A DNA stretch of 64,000 bases, taken from Aureliella sp. GTDB lineage: Bacteria > Planctomycetota > Planctomycetia > Pirellulales > Pirellulaceae. Every line of letters starts with the position of its first letter. The stretch's first letter is position 1. The translations under genes were made by a program, and so were the position numbers. The DNA is taken from the NCBI GenBank assembly GCA_963691875.1, contig OY829846.1, forward strand, positions 1,824,001 through 1,888,000, in the 5' to 3' direction. Of the stretch, positions 20,087-30,315 are shown in pieces. A model generated the notes under the pieces. It was given only the letters and a program-made list of their open reading frames with translations. It was not told the DNA's origin and made no database searches.

Positions 20087-20190
20087 CATGCCGCTTTTGG
20101 TCGGACGAGGGTTGCCAGCCATCAATATCCATCAAGCCATTTGCATCCCATACTTGAGGCAGTTTGTCCGTAGTATGAGTTGGTGTTCCC

Positions 20191-22440
20191 ATGTCGGCCA
20201 TGATTCCAAGTCGCATTCTCTTGGTGGATGATACCCCGGCGATTATCGCCGATTATCGCAAGATCCTTTCCGCGAATTGGACAGGTCAACGCCTCGAGGC
20301 GGCAGAGTTGTTCCGAGGCGAGCAACGACCGCCGGAAGTCGATCTACCAGTTTTCGAACTAATTGCTGCGAATCAGGGGCAAGAAGCTGTTTTTCTGGTT
20401 GAGCAAGCCCAAGCTGAAGGACGTCCATTTAGCCTGGCATTTGTCGACATGCGTATGCCCCCTGGCTGGGATGGCCTAGAGACGATCGAGCGCATTTGGG
20501 AAATTGATCCTGACATGCAACTGGTCGTCTGCTCAGCATATTCGGACCACAATTGGAATGAGATTCATGAACGTATCGGTGAAACCGATCAACTACTCAT
20601 TCTGAAGAAGCCTTTCGATCGAGTTGAAGTCAGTCAGATTGCGGTCGCCATGGCTGAGAAGTGGCGATTGGCGCAAGCAAGTCGAAAGGCCGCAATTGAA
20701 AAAGCACAGCGTCTTGAACACATCGAAGAGTCGCTGACTCAGCATAGTCGCCATTTAGCCATGGCCTCTGAGCTAGCTCGTTTAGGCTACTGTTCTGTCG
20801 ATCTTCCTGCCGGGAGATTCGAAGCCTGCAAGAGAACGCTAGAGCTACTTAATGTGGCAGGTGGAGACGTCGATAGTCTAGATGAGTTCATTTCCAAGCT
20901 ACACCCGAAAGATCATCCTGAACTGAGAAAGCTATTTGCCGCATCAGCACAAGATCCATTGGGCACCGATATCGAGTATAAGACTCGCGTTCTACTTGGC
21001 GACTCCAACGAACGACATCTGCAAATGAGATTTGTCGCCGCTGGAGTAGATGGCGCAGATCGATCTGGCGCTCTGTTTGGTGTGATTCAAGACATCACAG
21101 ACCACGAGGTTGTGCTAGGAGCAGTCAAGCATGCATCGCTTCACGATCCGCTCACTGGCCTGCCGAATCGCGCAAAACTCATGGACCACTTGAAACAGGC
21201 GCTTCGGGAGGTGAATAGGCATAACTCCGGTGTAGGACTCGTCTTGTTCGACGTGGACCACTTCAAAAGAGTCAACGATTCCTTTGGGCATCCCGCCGGC
21301 GATGCCTTACTAAGCGAAGTTGCAAAGCGTCTGCAGATTTCCAAACGCGACGCAGATATCGTCGCTAGACTGGGCGGTGATGAATTCGCGCTAGTTCAGT
21401 CTGGTACAGACGTTCCGACCAAGACTCAAGCCATGTTAGAACGCATCTATCAAATCCTTCGGCAACCGTACGAACTGGACGGCAAGAAACACTCTGCATC
21501 GATCAGTGCAGGAATTTCCTTCGCGCCAACCAACGGCCTGGATCCCGAGCATCTGATGAAATCGGCGGATATAGCGCTCTACCGAGCGAAACAGGAGGGG
21601 CGAGGAGTCTACCGCTTTTTCGATGATGAGATGGATCGCCTGATGCAGAATCGGCGTCAGTTGGAGGCGGATCTTCGGAACGCGGTAGAGAACGATGAGC
21701 TGTACTTACTATACCAGCCGATCGTTTGTACCCAGACGCAACGAATCCAAGGACTAGAGGCCTTGGTTCGCTGGGACCATCCAACACGCGGGCTAGTCCC
21801 GCCATTAGATTTCATAGAGATCTCCGAAGAGACCGGTGACATTGTCGGAATTGGCGATTGGGTACTTCGCCAAGCCTGCAAAGACGCATTACTATGTTAT
21901 GACGATATGCTCATCGCCATCAATGTGTCGCCGAGACAACTACAAACTGTAGATTTCGTCGAGACAGTTGAAGCTGTTTTGCAGGAAACCGGTCTGGATG
22001 CTGCTCGTCTCGAGTTGGAAATCACGGAAAATTTGTTCTTAGATCGAACCAATGAAACGATCGAAATGCTCGGCGGCTTGCGTGAGAAAGGCGTTCGCAT
22101 TGTGATGGATGATTTTGGAACTGGCCATTCATCCCTAAGCTACGTGCACAGTTTTCCATTTGACAAGATGAAATTGGACAAATCATTCTTGCTGAACTCT
22201 GGCGAAGGCACACATTCTCAAGAAATTGTTCGCGCCGTCGCCGGGCTCGGACGTAGTCTGGGCATGTCAACCTGTGCAGAGGGTGTCGAGACTCACCAGC
22301 AGCTATCATTGGTGCAACAAGAAGGTTACACGTACGCCCAAGGAAACTACTTCGGAAAGCCTCAGAGGATCGAGGCACTGCTGGACGCAGTGCAGCACGT
22401 TTCGTCCCCCTTTCTCCCCATGCACACGGGGCGGGACTGA
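20191..22440 (+). CDS. REC-PAS-GGDEF-EAL c-di-GMP cyclase/phosphodiesterase
   Basis: REC 'FVDMRMPPGWDG', 'HDPLTGLPNR', RxxD I-site 'RDAD' before 'RLGGDEF', 'EALVRW', 'DDFGTGHSSL'. Confidence 0.95.
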   Translation: MSAMIPSRILLVDDTPAIIADYRKILSANWTGQRLEAAELFRGEQRPPEVDLPVFELIAANQGQEAVFLVEQAQAEGRPFSLAFVDMRMPPGWDGLETIERIWEIDPDMQLVVCSAYSDHNWNEIHERIGETDQLLILKKPFDRVEVSQIAVAMAEKWRLAQASRKAAIEKAQRLEHIEESLTQHSRHLAMASELARLGYCSVDLPAGRFEACKRTLELLNVAGGDVDSLDEFISKLHPKDHPELRKLFAASAQDPLGTDIEYKTRVLLGDSNERHLQMRFVAAGVDGADRSGALFGVIQDITDHEVVLGAVKHASLHDPLTGLPNRAKLMDHLKQALREVNRHNSGVGLVLFDVDHFKRVNDSFGHPAGDALLSEVAKRLQISKRDADIVARLGGDEFALVQSGTDVPTKTQAMLERIYQILRQPYELDGKKHSASISAGISFAPTNGLDPEHLMKSADIALYRAKQEGRGVYRFFDDEMDRLMQNRRQLEADLRNAVENDELYLLYQPIVCTQTQRIQGLEALVRWDHPTRGLVPPLDFIEISEETGDIVGIGDWVLRQACKDALLCYDDMLIAINVSPRQLQTVDFVETVEAVLQETGLDAARLELEITENLFLDRTNETIEMLGGLREKGVRIVMDDFGTGHSSLSYVHSFPFDKMKLDKSFLLNSGEGTHSQEIVRAVAGLGRSLGMSTCAEGVETHQQLSLVQQEGYTYAQGNYFGKPQRIEALLDAVQHVSSPFLPMHTGRD

Positions 22441-22791
22441 GTCTAGGCAGGTAACTGCTCAGTGCCCTATGAAAGGCGGCACCCCTCCGGTAGTCGATAT
22501 CAGTCTGCCGGCACAAGGCGACAGCATAGACCGATTCTTTCGGCGTACGAGTTTGCAAAATTCGCTAGGGCAAATTGGTGCATCGCACACAATTGTTGCT
22601 TTGACTTGGAGCTCCGCAGAACATTAGTCGCTGCTCCTCTACATTTTTTGTCCCCAATGCTCTGCTCTCGATTTCCGCCTTCGGTAGCTGTTCGTCGTGG
22701 ACGGTGACAAGGCGGGGGGAGGATGGCGTCCCGAACTTTGCCGTAGCAACCAGGATTGCAGCGCGGATTTGGTCTAGAAGCCGATGGTGGC

Positions 22792-24519
22792 TCACTTTGC
22801 TCGCGTTGATCGCTGCTCAGGAAATGGCAAGGCCTTTACGCTTTCAGCCCATTCTCGCCATTTTGCCTTCATAGCTTTTACTCGATCCGGGTGCTTCATA
22901 GCAAGGTTTCGAGTTTCACCACGATCAGGCCTTTCACCACCATCCATCTGGTAGAGCTCCCAACCGTCTTCGCGACGATCATTGAACGTCACAAGCTTCC
23001 AGTCGCCATCTCGAATCGCACTGTGATTCTCGTGTTGCCAGAAAAGCGTACGTGAATTTGCCAGAGTGTTGGCGTCTTGGATATGATCCGCGAAACTCTC
23101 CCCAACTAGCTTGGGAACTTCTACGCCATTGCGCTCTCGTGGTTGCTCCGCGCCAGACAACTCCATCAAAGTAGGGAAAACGTCAACTAGGTGCACGACA
23201 GCTTTAGTTTCAATTCGCCCTGGTTTGTCCAATCCTGCTGGCCAGTGAACGATGAGTGGTGTTGAAATGCCGCCTTCGTGAACAAACTTCTTGTACATAC
23301 GAAACGGAGCATTTGAGTAGGCGGCCCAGCAGGCTCCCTGCGAAATACTCCAGCCACTTTTCTTCTTCCACTCTGAGTAGTTCGACTCCAAGTAGTTGCC
23401 CCAGTTCATACCAAAATCGCCTGTCTCACCGCTACAACCATTATCAGACAGAAACAAAACCACTGTGTTGCCCAGAACTCCGCGCTGCTTCAAGCGTTGA
23501 ATGAGCCGGCCAACGTTTTGATCCAAGTTGTCTACCTGCCCAGCATACATCGCGCGTCTAAAGTCCAACTCGCGCTGGGCTTGCTTGCCGAGTTTCTCCC
23601 ATCGAGGAATCGCGCTCTTCGGCATGCCAAATCGCTGCTGGATCTCGGAGGAAATGTGCACATTGGCAAAACTCTGATTCCGCTTGAAATTTGCTCTCGG
23701 CGCGTGCAGGCCCATCTTCACCTGACGCGCAATCTTCTGCTTGGTTAACTCGTCCCAGCCGTCTAAATATTTCCCTTTGTATTTCTTGATCAAGTCATCC
23801 GGAGTCTCTAGCGGAAAGTGAGGTACGTTGTAGCAGAGGTGCAGTACGAATGGCTTTTTCTTCTCAGTTGCTTGGTCGATGTAGTCCAGAGCGGCGTCCG
23901 TGAAAAACTCCGTCGTATAAAAATCTTCCCCCGGACGATATGGATTTTCAGGCTCCTCGCCGGCGGGAATCCATAGCTTTCCATCCCGATGAATCGGAGA
24001 CCCAGGCAGTAAGTTCCAGTAGCTATCGATGTGGCTATAGATGCCCGTGAACTTCTGCCAGCCGTGTTTCTCAGGGTGAGCTCTTTCCGCGCGATGGCCA
24101 ACATGCCATTTTCCGACCATCATCGTTTGATAGCCGTCTTGCCCGAGAGCATCTGCAAAAGTGACAACATTTTCCGACAAGTTGCCTTCGTATCCCGGCC
24201 CACTGTCGCGGTAGACCATCATTCCGATGCCAGCTTGATGGGACCAAAGTCCGGTTAACAGAGAAGCGCGCGAAGGGCAGCAGCGACAAGTGTTGTAGGC
24301 CTGCGTGAATCGCATTCCCCTCTGCGCCAAGCTGTCGATGTTAGGCGTTTCGATCTCACTTCCGTAGCAACCGATGTCAGACCAGCCCAAATCATCACAG
24401 AACACGATCACAAAATTCGGCCGACCCAAATCCTTAGCTGGCTCCGCGGCGTCAAGGCTGGCCAAGGGCAGAATGAGAAACGACAGTAGCGGAATAAGCG
24501 ACTGTGGAATTTTTGACAT
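22792..24519 (-). CDS. Arylsulfatase (S1 family, Cys-type), secreted
   Basis: Signal peptide, 'RPNFVIVFCDDLG', 'CCPSRASLLTG', 'GKWH'. Confidence 0.95.
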   Translation of the reverse strand: MSKIPQSLIPLLSFLILPLASLDAAEPAKDLGRPNFVIVFCDDLGWSDIGCYGSEIETPNIDSLAQRGMRFTQAYNTCRCCPSRASLLTGLWSHQAGIGMMVYRDSGPGYEGNLSENVVTFADALGQDGYQTMMVGKWHVGHRAERAHPEKHGWQKFTGIYSHIDSYWNLLPGSPIHRDGKLWIPAGEEPENPYRPGEDFYTTEFFTDAALDYIDQATEKKKPFVLHLCYNVPHFPLETPDDLIKKYKGKYLDGWDELTKQKIARQVKMGLHAPRANFKRNQSFANVHISSEIQQRFGMPKSAIPRWEKLGKQAQRELDFRRAMYAGQVDNLDQNVGRLIQRLKQRGVLGNTVVLFLSDNGCSGETGDFGMNWGNYLESNYSEWKKKSGWSISQGACWAAYSNAPFRMYKKFVHEGGISTPLIVHWPAGLDKPGRIETKAVVHLVDVFPTLMELSGAEQPRERNGVEVPKLVGESFADHIQDANTLANSRTLFWQHENHSAIRDGDWKLVTFNDRREDGWELYQMDGGERPDRGETRNLAMKHPDRVKAMKAKWREWAESVKALPFPEQRSTRAK

Positions 24520-24599
24520 CGGAACCGTCGCGCAAGCAGGAAAGTGAAGTGCGTTTTACAGACAGTCTAGCAGATTCATTCGCCTACATTTCCTTTCTC

Positions 24600-25560
24600 T
24601 CACGCCGCAGCAAGCCTCCCAAGTCCCAGCATTGCAGCGATAAGATTTCTTTGAATGTCAGGTGTACCCGCGTAAATGATTCCTTCTACGGTATCTCGAA
24701 GATCGCGTTCCGCTCGGCCCCTCGCTCATGTAGCCACGACCTCCAGAAACACGGATTGCGGAGAGGCTGTTTTCGAAAAATGCTTCCGAAATACGAAGCT
24801 TGGCCATCGAGGCTTTCAAAAGGAATTCTGTTCCCTTCGTCAACAAGCCGCGCCGCTTGGTGGAACAAGAGCCGCGAGGTCTCCTGCCACAAACGCATAT
24901 CCGCTATCCGATTGGACACAGACGGAAGTTTTCCGATCGGCGTTCCATCCAGCTTTCGTTCCCTGCAAATGCGACCGTCTCGTCCAATTGTCGCACCATC
25001 GAACCAACATGAATGCAGAATATAAATGATCGTTCGTAGTCCATTGATGCATTGAAGACACCAACTCCTGCTCCATCTTCACCGAGCACATTCTCGTTAT
25101 GTAAAAAAAGACGTCCTCGAATTCAATCGCGTCTGTTGGAATTGTCCGCGATCTCCTTTTCGATTCCGAATCAAGAAAAGTGCCCCCCTCGAATTCTGCA
25201 TCCACGATCATTGCAGTGATGCCCCTCTTTTTCGGGCAGGATTCATGAAAGCGAAAGTGAGAACCATAGCCACCATGGCAGCCAGACCGACAGATTCCTT
25301 CTTCCCAGTCAAGCGATAGCCGCTGTCGACTTGCTTGGCGAGCGATTTCATATGTAGTGGATCGGAACCCGCTTTCGCTTCGGTCAAAGCATGAACGCCA
25401 ATCTGGCTGCCATCCACCACGCCAGTCTGATGATTCTCATGCTGAAAGTTGTTGCCGTGACAAGTATCCCATCACTAATCGCCAACGCGTCACCACCGTA
25501 CATAAGTGGCAGGTCATATAGCTTGTTCGCTCAACATCGCTTCAAGCCCCAGTCATCGCA
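24600..25560 (-). pseudogene. Degraded acyl-CoA dehydrogenase-family gene
   Basis: Consecutive fragments in different frames: 'YGGDAL', 'GVHALTEAKAGSD...YRLTGKK', 'IEFEDV', 'LGEDGAG..FNASMDYERS', 'NRIADMRL', 'SMAKLRISE..GGRGYM', 'IYAGTPDIQRNLIA'. Stop at 24600-24602; 5' boundary approximate. Confidence 0.88.
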
Positions 25561-25624
25561 TCAAAGCCTTAGTAGAGCACGCCTATTGCCATGACAGCCT
25601 GTCGAGACCTCGCTGGTTATCGGC

Positions 25625-26737
25625 CTACAACTTGATCACGACGTTCTTAAGATGCAAAACCCACGCAAAGATCCAAATCAACATTGCAAAGGCAATCGCT
25701 TGTAGCAGAGAACCGGCATAGTTTCCGAAAGTGCTCTGAAAGAAATTGGCATAGGTCCAACCGTAAATCCCTTGGTCTCCAATCTTTACCAATGCGAGTA
25801 GCTTGACTGTGACCGATGAGGCAACAAAGGAGGCGAGTGGATTCTTTCCGAATGCTTCGAACATCCAGGACCAAGCTCGCCAGTGCTTCAGGTCCAAGAT
25901 GACTAGCAAGCCAATCAAGAACAGTGTCGCCAAGCCTCCTGTGACCAGGACGTAGGAACTGCTCCAAATCGGTTTGTTGATTGGGCAGCCTAAAAAATGC
26001 AGGGCTACGCCTGTCAGTGTCGCCACCAAGCCGTAGGGAAAGAGAGACTGAATCTTTTCTTCAACGGAATCATGAGCTTGAATCACCAATCCAATCCAGT
26101 AGCCGAACAGAACAGTGCCGGCTGCCGGTAGTGTGCTTAGTAAGCCTTCAGGGTCGAAGGCAATCCCATAGCCTGAATAAAGATGCTTCTCTCCAAGGAG
26201 CCACAAGTCGAGACTTCGGACAGCGTTGCCTTCCAACGACAAAGGCGCTTCGCCACCGAAAATTAGCAATAACGCAAAGTATCCGCCGAGTATCGAACCG
26301 AATACATAGGGAATCCTAGAACGCGGACAATTCATCACAATCACCGCCGCCAAACCGTAGGCCAACGCGATCCGCTGCAGCACACCGAAGATGCGAAGAT
26401 CTTCAATGCTCTTGTCAAAGAATGGAAACCAATTGAGTAGCAAGCCGACCAGAAAGATCGACGTAGTCCGAAGCAAGACCTTGCTATACCACGCCGCCCT
26501 GTCAGGCGATTCGTTGTACCTCCTAAAAGAGAACGACATCGCCACACCAACGATGAATACGAAAAAGGGAAAAACAAGATCAGTCGGCGTCAGGCCATCC
26601 CATTCTGCATGCTTCAATGGCGCGTAAACATAACTCCAGGAACCTGGTGTATTGACGATGACCATGAAGAAGATGGTCATGCCTCGAAAAATATCGAGTG
26701 CGAGGAGTCTTTGAGTTTTCGGGGCGGACTCGGTCAT
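25625..26737 (-). CDS. Membrane acyltransferase, heparan-alpha-glucosaminide N-acetyltransferase/NagX-like
   Basis: 'RLLALDIFRGMTI..MVIVN', 'HAEWDGLTPTDLVFPFF', 'GVLQRIAL', 'DPEGLLSTL', 'PINKPIWSSSYVL'. Start set to ATG 26737. Confidence 0.9.
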   Translation of the reverse strand: MTESAPKTQRLLALDIFRGMTIFFMVIVNTPGSWSYVYAPLKHAEWDGLTPTDLVFPFFVFIVGVAMSFSFRRYNESPDRAAWYSKVLLRTTSIFLVGLLLNWFPFFDKSIEDLRIFGVLQRIALAYGLAAVIVMNCPRSRIPYVFGSILGGYFALLLIFGGEAPLSLEGNAVRSLDLWLLGEKHLYSGYGIAFDPEGLLSTLPAAGTVLFGYWIGLVIQAHDSVEEKIQSLFPYGLVATLTGVALHFLGCPINKPIWSSSYVLVTGGLATLFLIGLLVILDLKHWRAWSWMFEAFGKNPLASFVASSVTVKLLALVKIGDQGIYGWTYANFFQSTFGNYAGSLLQAIAFAMLIWIFAWVLHLKNVVIKL

Positions 26738-26792
26738 AGAGCTTTGATAATTCCTTCTGGATTGGTTGAAGAAACTCGGTTTGCTAAGCATT

Positions 26793-29456
26793 TTACTCGA
26801 CCACCGCCGCCCTTACCTTCAACCACTGAGTTTCGCCAAGAATCGATTCCTTGCCTTCGACAACTCGCATGAGCTTGAGTGTGTACAGCCCTGGTTCTAC
26901 GAGCGCGCCGAGCCGAGGACGTCGATCGGAGGCGTCCTGAGCGAGCGTTCTCAAATCCCATTGGAGCTGGTGAAAGCCTGCCTCACTCGGGCCTGGTAGC
27001 CTCCTAACAACGCGGCCGTCTTCGGACTCTATGAACAGCATGATTCTATTATTACCTCCCCCTTTAAGAAGGGCTTCAGGCAGGTAATAAGTCAATCGGC
27101 TACCGTAGACCGGATTCGGCATCGCGAAGTTGCCTGCCGCTGCCTCGGTGTACCCGTTCTCTGGGTAGACCCAAGCATCACGAGGTGCCATCAGATAACC
27201 TTCGCCGATTTCCTTTCCATCTCGAAGTTGCCGCAACGGACTGAGGTCATCCAGAATATAGAAACCTCGACCAAAGGTAGCCGCTACTAGGTCCTGTTCC
27301 TTGGGATGAATCACTAGATCGCGGAACGGAATGGTTGGAACTCCTTCTTCGAGTGGAATCCATTGGTCTCCCGCGTCGACACTGAAGAACAAACCGAACT
27401 CGGTGCCCGCAAATAGGAGGTCCTTACGCTCGAGGTCCTCGATGACGCACCAAACAAATCCTTGTATCGCACGGCCCGTTGCAATCGAAGTCCAGGTCTC
27501 GCCCAGGTCGGTGCTCTTCAGCAAGTAAGGCTTGAAGTCACCCCGCTGATAGTTGTTGATCGCGACGAAAACAGATTGAGATTCATGCTCAGAAGCACTG
27601 ATGTCCGAAACGTATGCCCCAGCCGGCACGCCAGGAAAACGCTCAATCCTCCGCCAGTTCGCTCCGCCATCCTCCGAAATCTGCACCAACCCATCGTCGG
27701 TGCCCACAAAGAGGAGTCCTTCTTTCAAGGGAGACTCATCCAGAGCCGTGATGACACTGAGAGCCGTAGTGAATTTGTCTTTTTGAACCGCGTTGTCGTC
27801 CCAGACTCTTCCCATGATCGGCAGTGCATCACCATCAAGGTCTAGTGTCAAATCGCCGCCGAGAGCTTGCCAGCTCTCCCCACGATCATCACTGCGAAAC
27901 AGCCGGTCCCCGGCGAAGTAAACACGCTGCGCCGAATGTGGACTGATCATCAGTGGTGCATCCCAGTGCCAGCGAAGCGGAGGTTCGTCATCAGGCAGCC
28001 GAGGACGGATACTTTTCGTTTGTCCGGTCCGTGTATCGGTTTTCGCCAAGTCTCCATTCTGCGATAGCGTATAGCGGATGTGCGGATCCTCGGGATCAAC
28101 ACAAGTCTGGAATCCATCACCGCCGCGCGTTCCGCTCCAGTCGCTCGTTCTAATTCCAACTCGATTCGCTGTTCGAGAGGGACCTACCATTGATCCGTTG
28201 TCCTGGGTGCCGCCATACACATTGTAGAATGGCTCGGCATTGTCTAACGCAACCCGATAAAGTTGCGAGGTAGGAAGATTGGTAAAGTGCCTCCAATTCA
28301 CGCCTTGATCAAAGGACTCGTACACTCCACCATCATTTCCGACCAGCATGTGTCTGGGATCGTCTGGATCGAAGACGATGGCGTGGTTATCTACATGCAT
28401 ATCCCAGCGCTGTCGCTTGAAGGTCTTACCGCCATCCTCGCTGAGGTGGATAAAGACATCGACAGTCCAGATGCGATCGAACTGATGCGGATCGGCGTAG
28501 ATCTCACCGTAGTACTGCGGGTCGATGACTTTGTAGTCACTTTGGCGCGTCCAGAATTCACCTCCATTCTCTGATCGAAAGAAACCCGATTCCTCGCCAG
28601 CCGCCGTGACCAAGGCATAAACAACACCTTGTTTCTGAGGCGAAACGGCCAGCGCGATGCGTCCCTTGTCGACCGTGGGAATTCCCTCCGTTAGCTTCTC
28701 CCACGTTTCACCTCCATCGGAAGTCTTGTAGATAGCCGACTCAGGGCCACCACCAATCAGTTGTCCGACTCGACGGCGCCGCTGGTAGGAGCTGGCATAA
28801 AGCACATCGGGATTGTACTGATCCATGACCAAGTCAGTCACACCCGTGTTAACACTGACTTGCAAGATCGCTTGCCAAGTCTTTCCACCATCCGCAGTTT
28901 TATAGACGCCTCGCTCTCCGCCGGCTGACCAAAGCGGTCCTTCTGCTGCAACGAACACAACATCGGAGTCACGCGGATCGATCACGATTTTTCCGATATG
29001 CTGAGAACCAACAAGTCCCACCCGAGTCCACGATTTTCCCGCATCGTCACTCTTGTAGACGCCGTCACCGAATCCAACACTTCGATTAGAGATATTTTCT
29101 CCCGTTCCCAGCCAGATGGTTTCCGAGTCTTTCGGATCCACGAGCACATAGCCGAGCGAGTACGATCCATCATCATCGAAGATGGGTGTCCAAGTGATTC
29201 CGGCGTTGGTGGTCTTCCACAGCCCACTCGAACCGTGCGCCACATACCAGGTGCTTCGGTTGTTTGGATCAACCGCAATCTCAGCGACTCGCGCCGGTTT
29301 GAAAGCAGGCCCCAGCGAACGAAGTTTTAGCGTCTGAGCCAACTGCTTTGCTTGCTCAACCGTGGTCTCTGCGAGACCGAAACTTGTCCGTTGCAATACA
29401 ACAGAGGAGTATACGATGATGACAAAGCAGAAAAAGCGAAGCGGATCGGTTCTCAT
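26793..29456 (-). CDS. Secreted BNR/Asp-box (VPS10/sortilin-like) beta-propeller glycosyl-hydrolase-like protein
   Basis: Many 'S/TxDGGxTW' repeats, 'LRSLGPA', 'GTGEN', 'HVDNHAI', 'GGTQDNGS'. Start set to ATG 29456 (signal peptide). Confidence 0.88.
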   Translation of the reverse strand: MRTDPLRFFCFVIIVYSSVVLQRTSFGLAETTVEQAKQLAQTLKLRSLGPAFKPARVAEIAVDPNNRSTWYVAHGSSGLWKTTNAGITWTPIFDDDGSYSLGYVLVDPKDSETIWLGTGENISNRSVGFGDGVYKSDDAGKSWTRVGLVGSQHIGKIVIDPRDSDVVFVAAEGPLWSAGGERGVYKTADGGKTWQAILQVSVNTGVTDLVMDQYNPDVLYASSYQRRRRVGQLIGGGPESAIYKTSDGGETWEKLTEGIPTVDKGRIALAVSPQKQGVVYALVTAAGEESGFFRSENGGEFWTRQSDYKVIDPQYYGEIYADPHQFDRIWTVDVFIHLSEDGGKTFKRQRWDMHVDNHAIVFDPDDPRHMLVGNDGGVYESFDQGVNWRHFTNLPTSQLYRVALDNAEPFYNVYGGTQDNGSMVGPSRTANRVGIRTSDWSGTRGGDGFQTCVDPEDPHIRYTLSQNGDLAKTDTRTGQTKSIRPRLPDDEPPLRWHWDAPLMISPHSAQRVYFAGDRLFRSDDRGESWQALGGDLTLDLDGDALPIMGRVWDDNAVQKDKFTTALSVITALDESPLKEGLLFVGTDDGLVQISEDGGANWRRIERFPGVPAGAYVSDISASEHESQSVFVAINNYQRGDFKPYLLKSTDLGETWTSIATGRAIQGFVWCVIEDLERKDLLFAGTEFGLFFSVDAGDQWIPLEEGVPTIPFRDLVIHPKEQDLVAATFGRGFYILDDLSPLRQLRDGKEIGEGYLMAPRDAWVYPENGYTEAAAGNFAMPNPVYGSRLTYYLPEALLKGGGNNRIMLFIESEDGRVVRRLPGPSEAGFHQLQWDLRTLAQDASDRRPRLGALVEPGLYTLKLMRVVEGKESILGETQWLKVRAAVVE

Positions 29457-29709
29457 GCGGCAGCTCTCTCGTTGCTCTTTCTGGCTGAGGAACCCAAAAT
29501 CATCTGGGAACAAACTCCTCATTATCGCACAATTTAGCACGGCGATCATCGCGCGTTCGAAATTTACGTTCACGCAGCGATCTCTCGGCTTCTGAGCCAT
29601 TCCATTGCACCTCTGCACGGGGTTAAGTACACGCACAGAGATCGAAAGTAAGCCACACGCAGAGCTGCAGCGCTGCAGATTAAGGCAAGAGCCCTTCGAG
29701 TTACTCCGC

Positions 29710-30111
29710 TTATTGCGGTCTAGACTCTTCCCGAGGAAAGTATGTTGCGTTTGAAGAATCGCTTCGCGGCTTTGGTTGACCTGCGTTTTCCAATTTTACC
29801 TCCCTGCAAATTCCGATGGTATCCAAGAAGTCGCGATCGTGACTGACAATGAGGATAGCTCCCGTCCAGCTCCTCAAGGCGTCGCGGATTGCGGTGAGAC
29901 CAGCAAAGTCCAAGCCAACCGCCGATTCATCGAGAACGAGCAATTCGACTAACGGAGTTCGATGGAACAAACACATTAGAGTCGCACGTACTCTTTCACC
30001 TGGGCTAAGAGATTTCAGAGGACGTTCCGCCAGGCCAAAGGGAAATCGAGGGCAGAGCGAATATGTGGAGATCCTCGCCGCCCCCGATCCTCCGGTATGC
30101 TCGACGAGGAA
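29710..30111 (-). pseudogene. 3' remnant of an ABC-F-type ATPase
   Basis: Open frame with 'LKSLSPGERVRATL', Walker B 'LLVLDE' and H-loop 'IVSHDRDFL'. No Walker A; in-frame TAA at 30112-30114. Confidence 0.8.
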
Positions 30112-30315
30112 TTACTGTTAACGCGTAAGCGGCCTGTTACCGGCTTTGCAGTAGAGTCAATACTTAGCGTTCATATTGAGCAAGATGGTATTGGTGATCC
30201 CTAAAGAACTTGAGAGAATCTTTGGACTTTGATTGGAGTTCTTCAAGTTATCGCGACATCACTGGCGATGAAAACTTGGTAGACCTGCACGTACTTCCGA
30301 GATCGCCGGGCGAAT

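Noticed and set aside
22441..22791. 350-bp gap between convergent genes with small Cys-containing ORFs
   Set aside because: No recognisable protein motif, RBS, repeat or stable RNA structure by eye.
24504..25025. Plus-strand 173-aa and 117-aa ORFs
   Set aside because: Antisense to the acyl-CoA dehydrogenase pseudogene fragments, which carry the real motifs.
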